Positions 59,516-64,000 of a stretch of 64,000 bases of DNA are shown one piece after another. Position 1 is the first letter of the stretch. Each line of letters begins with the position of its first letter. Position numbers and translations under genes: made by a program. The notes under the pieces are model-generated. The model was not told where the DNA came from, made no database searches, and saw nothing but the letters and a program-made list of their open reading frames with translations. The stretch comes from Sphaerodactylus townsendi (taxonomy: Eukaryota), in assembly GCF_021028975.2 (NCBI RefSeq), contig NC_059427.1, forward strand, positions 126,976,001-127,040,000. Reading direction: 5' to 3'.

Positions 59516-62500
59516 GTGAGTATTGTATTTATTTTACTGCATTTGTATGCCACCTTTCTCCCCTACGGGCACCCAAAGCAGTTTGCATTGTTCTACTGGC
59601 CTCCTATTCTATCCTTACACCACCCCTGTGTAATAGTTTAGGTTTTATGTGCAGGAGGGCCTAAGGTCACTCAGCGTATTTCCACAGGACAGTGGGGATT
59701 CAAACTTGGGTGTCCCCAGTCTTAATCCAAGTAGGCACTCTTCCTCAGGAACAATCACACGAAGATAGTCTGTTGTTCTGCTGTATAGCAGGCTGCACAT
59801 ATCCTAGCCTAGCTTAAATCATGTTCTTTCTGAACAGAACTTGCTCAGAGGCCAAGCTGTCCTCCAAAACTTCTGTAGGAGTACAGAAGAAGCATAGAAT
59901 GTGATTCTGAGCTCAGGACAGCTTCCTAAGAATCCTGTTTCTTAATTTTTTAAAATATATTTGGCCATTACAGTTGTGAAGATAGATTCCAAATTGTATG
60001 TCTCAACAGCTAAAGGAATAGCCAAATAAAATTGCCACTGGCGAGGAAGGTTTGTAGTATCTTGCATACCTTGTACTTTCCATGATCACCAAAACCAAAG
60101 TAAACTTATGCAAATAGAACAGATTGCAGAAAAGGCATCAGGCACACTTTCTAATGGAGCATAATTTGTATTGATTTTGAAGTTCAGTCTTAATTGGCAG
60201 AGAGCAGGGTGTTACTTGGACATAGCAATGAAGGCTGCAAGCCTGTACTTGAGAGAGTCCCACTGATCTCACTTACAAGGAAGGATCAGGATGCAGGCAC
60301 AGGCAAGCTGTGTGTCAGCCCTTGCTGAGATTTCTGCTCCACATATTCTTTAACAGAATTGTAACTTGAGTTGGGAGAGGGTGGCACCTACTAGTCCTCA
60401 AAAACATTGAGTTGCATTGGTCTGGGTATCTTTGGTCCTAGCTACGTCAAGGATCTCCTTCTTTGAAGTATCTTTCTAACAGAACTAGATTCAGATAGAT
60501 CAGGAATCTACAATTCCCATCAGCCCCTACCAGCATGGCCAATTGGCCATGCTGACAGAGGCTGATGGGAATTGTAGTTCCTGAACATCTGGAGAGCCGC
60601 AGGTTCCCTACCCCTGGTCTAGATCCTGAGTCTGTGACATCCTGACTTGTATTCATTAATGTTCTGAATTTGCATTGGTTAGTCAGGAATATCTATGTGG
60701 AGCCTATCTGACTGTAAAATCCACCCCCACCCCTCTCTGTTTGCTCTTTTTGCTCTTTTTTCATCCTAGCTTAAAGATCCAGCCAACAAACGCTTTGAAG
60801 TCCCTTTGGAAACTCCTCAAATGAGCAGCAAGGCATCCTCAACTCTCTACTCTGTTCAGTTCTCTGCTGATCCCTTTGGCCTTGTTGTTCGGAGATCCAA
60901 TGGACAAGTCCTGTAAGTGGCTCCTGATTTCCTATAGACAAATGTTCTTGCCTTTTGGAATATTGGTCTAAGCAACACAGAAAAGGTGAAGATCCTAGTG
61001 TGAGAATGTCTGGAACCGATTGCCCTGCACATCTTTCCAATGTGCTCCAGATGTATGAGGATCATTCCATACCTTACATGCCAGGGAATCCAAATTCATT
61101 CCTGAGTCTACACCTGGCAGTTTACTGCTGGCAATACTGACTGTCTAATGATCCACACATGTACTTGTCTTGTTCACACATTTGATTTTTGAAAATAATT
61201 TAAAGAATCTTAGATGTACATCTTAAAAATATAATTTGGAGCAGCCTCCAGTACTCAAGATTGTAGTTTGCAATTCTGAACACCCAGTTTAATCCCATCC
61301 TTTATAATGGGTCACAATTATAGCTCTGATCTAAAGTGATTACTCCTTTTGGCTTTTTTTATCCTCTTGGTAGTATCAGCAGAATGATGCTTTTCTACAA
61401 CTGTTGTATTTGTAGAAAATTCAACAACTGCTCATAGAAGTGCCTTCTCTGTTATGGCCCCACCTTTTGGGATGGCTTGCCTAAGGAGGTCAGAAAGGCT
61501 CCCACTCTCCTGGCTTTCTGCAAACTATATAAAACTGAGTTATTCAATAGGGCTTTTCTATGCAGGCAATAGAGCTGCACTGTACAAAATAATTCACGAA
61601 GTAACTTGGATAGATTAGAGACTGTAGTCTGTTCTACTATGTATAGTTTGTTGTAAGTAGAATATGTATGTAAAGTGCCATCATCACAGCTGACTTACGG
61701 CAACCCAGTAGGGTTTTCAAGGCAAGGGATTTAAGAGGTGGTTTGGCATTGCCCTCTTCTGCTTAATAACCCTGCACTTCCTTGGTGTGTGGATGTGAAG
61801 TTTCATGCAAGGAAATATTGGGGGGGGGGGGGAGATGCCACCATTTAAAGAAATATTCTGCAGTGCCTATACCATATGATGAAGTAGCAATCTAGAACAT
61901 CTAACCATGCTGTTAAGCAGATGTTTCTACTCTGCTTGTAAGGATTTCTGAGGCCCCTTGCATTGAGGTATACCAAACTGTAGGAGCTGTTTGGCTGTCA
62001 TACCCAGCTGTGGGGTATGTTGATTACTTGGGAATTCCCATCTTAGTGCCTCTCTCTGTCCTTCCCATATGATTGCACGTATCAGTAATGCAGAAGAGCA
62101 TTACAAGGAACTGACACCCAAATGATAGTGTGAAAAAGATCTGAAGCTTTGGAGTAATTTTAGCAATTCAGAATTTAACTTTATGACTGGGTACTACAGA
62201 TAACCAGTTCCTCACATGGTAAATTTTAACATTATCATACAACCGCTGGCCATGTGAACCCACCTTTAAGTGTCCAAAAGTTCCTCACAATTGCAGTTTG
62301 TTTGCTGAAATTGTCTGCTTTCTCCCCAACAGACTCAATACCTCAGTGGCTCCTTTGTTCTATGCTGACCAGTTCCTGCAGATCTCCACCTCCCTGCCAT
62401 CGGCTTTCATCTCTGGACTGGGTGAACATTTGACCTCACTCATCCTTAATGTCAGTTGGACTAAGGTCACCCTCTGGAATCGGGACGTGGCGCCTGTGGT

Positions 62501-63646
62501 AAGGGATAGAAAATGGTAGAGTGGTATACTACCTTTTCCAAAAGGCTTATGGATCATAGATGCTCTATTAACCAGCTCATCTGTTACCTAAAATGCTGGG
62601 GTCTGCCCTTTTTAGTGTGGGGAAATTAGCAAAGGGCAGACTGGCTTAACTAGAGGTTGGGCAAGCTCGGAATCTTGGTTGCCAGAGTTTTCAGAGAGTT
62701 GCTTCTACAAGAAATCCATAGAACTTTGTAAAAGTTATCAAATTTTATTAAGGAAAAGAATAAAAAGAAGGTTGTTTTTCGTTCTTCAAGTAATGGAAAG
62801 GGTATCATAAATTCTGTTTTTGACCTATCCTTATTCCTGGGGGGGGAAAGAAAAGGTAACTATATGCACCTGCCTAGCCCAATGCTTTAATGGAATTTCT
62901 ATGAACTGCAACATCTCAGCTATCTTCCCAGGATTTCTGAGGCCCCGTTTGGTTGTGTTTCCTCATTGCTGCCCACCTGCAGCTATTTAATGTTTCTTTC
63001 CACTGAGTGAGCCCAGACTGATCACCTTGAAAAGTACCTGACTGCAAGGGAGGGCATAATGACCACCCACTTAACTGAACACTTTTAAGTTTCCCTCTCC
63101 ATATTCATTCCACACACTTGAAGTGATGTTTTACTAATTCCTGTCTTGCCTGAAAACTTTGTGTCGTGATGAGATCTAGGTAATCTCTAGCAGAGAATCC
63201 CCAGCACCCTTGCTACTATTTCCGAGAATCTTTGGCAAAACATGACAAAGTGGTATACTTTTGAAAAAGGTAATGTTGATAAGGCATCTGAGTCTGATTC
63301 TAGGGAATGGGAATGGCCAAATTGTTTTCTGAACTCAACTTCTGATGAGATGACACTTGAAGGTTTTTTTCCTGATTATTAAGAACAGGATGCTATGTTG
63401 GGAAAATCCTTCGTTTGATCTGGTTTGGCTATGAAGTTCTTTATTACGCCATGTCCCAAGCAATAGACCCATTGCTATAGTCTTCTTCCTGTCTATACCA
63501 TGCTTGAGTATGTCATATGACTATGCATGTATTCTTCCTGTGTTCTCAGCCCTCTGCAAATCTATATGGCTCACACCCTTTCTACTTGGTGTTAGAAGAA
63601 GGTGGCTTGGCCCATGGAGTCTTTTTGCTGAACAGCAATGCCATGG
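58973..63646 (+). CDS. GAA: Lysosomal acid alpha-glucosidase (GH31), 5' partial: coding exons 2-5; gene continues past the window
   Basis: Signal region, trefoil domain, RLHFT|[41 protein letters not shown]...[12 protein letters not shown]; position after CCDC40. Confidence 0.96.
60501..60616. mobile_element. Palindromic hAT MITE, left arm truncated
   Basis: Same hairpin core as 21290 and 32139. Confidence 0.8.
60770..60912 (+). CDS. GAA: GAA exon 3, 143 nt
   Basis: [16 protein letters not shown]...[17 protein letters not shown]; GT-AG. Confidence 0.94.
62333..62498 (+). CDS. GAA: GAA exon 4, 166 nt
   Basis: [23 protein letters not shown]...[10 protein letters not shown]; GT-AG. Confidence 0.95.
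63550..63646 (+). CDS. GAA: GAA exon 5, 97 nt
   Basis: [32 protein letters not shown]; GT-AG. Confidence 0.95.
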
Positions 63647-64000
63647 GTATGTGTCTCAGTTCTTTGTTTCCTTATGTGCAAAGCCAACATGAATGTCATA
63701 CAGTATCCTAGCATCAGGTGGCACTTACTCCAGCAGAATGTACTCTAAACTAAAATTGGTTTCTTTGTGGTTATGACACAAATTCTGTTCTCAGAAGGCA
63801 AATTACTTTAAATGGGCATTGTTCCTGAAAGCCGTTTAAACACTGTGCAGAAATCTGTTTTCATATACGTTAAGGTTTTAAAAATAACATCCATTCAATG
63901 AGAGAGACACAATATTTTGGTATTTCATAAGATGTAAGCCCTACTGTACTGGATCAGACCAATGGTCCATATAGTCCAGCATCCAGATTGACCGAATTCC

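Noticed and set aside
1-64000. CRISPR array, operon or other prokaryote-type system
   Set aside because: Eukaryotic spliced locus; no repeat-spacer array is present, and the tandem repeats have no unique spacers

Overview
Vertebrate genomic DNA, not prokaryotic. It is intron-rich and transposon-rich, and the SINE and MITE repertoire points to a squamate reptile, probably a gecko (inference). The window holds three gene-level items. (1) A CpG island at about 6.5-6.8 kb, probably the promoter and non-coding first exon of a minus-strand gene; synteny suggests TBC1D16, but no coding exon is seen. (2) A complete 21-exon CCDC40 gene on the + strand (11591-54918; 3687 nt CDS, 1228 aa as assembled by hand, all GT-AG with consistent phases), with a perfect RFX X-box just before the ATG and a large acidic tandem-repeat exon in the N-terminus. 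(3) The 5' part of GAA (lysosomal acid alpha-glucosidase) on the + strand: a CLEAR-box promoter, non-coding exon 1 and coding exons 2-5, continuing beyond the window. The rest is tRNA- and 5S-derived SINEs, LINE fragments, many hAT, Tc1-mariner and Harbinger-type non-autonomous DNA transposons (several with intact TSDs, one SPIN/URR1-like), microsatellites and one assembly gap. I find no convincing new multi-gene system. The most notable observations are the CCDC40 repeat exon, a SINE forming part of a CCDC40 splice donor, a regenerated 5' splice site at the exon 18/19 junction, an intronic RFX box, and transposon-borne long palindromes carrying promoter motifs. Comparisons with human exon structure and repeat-family names are from memory and need database confirmation.
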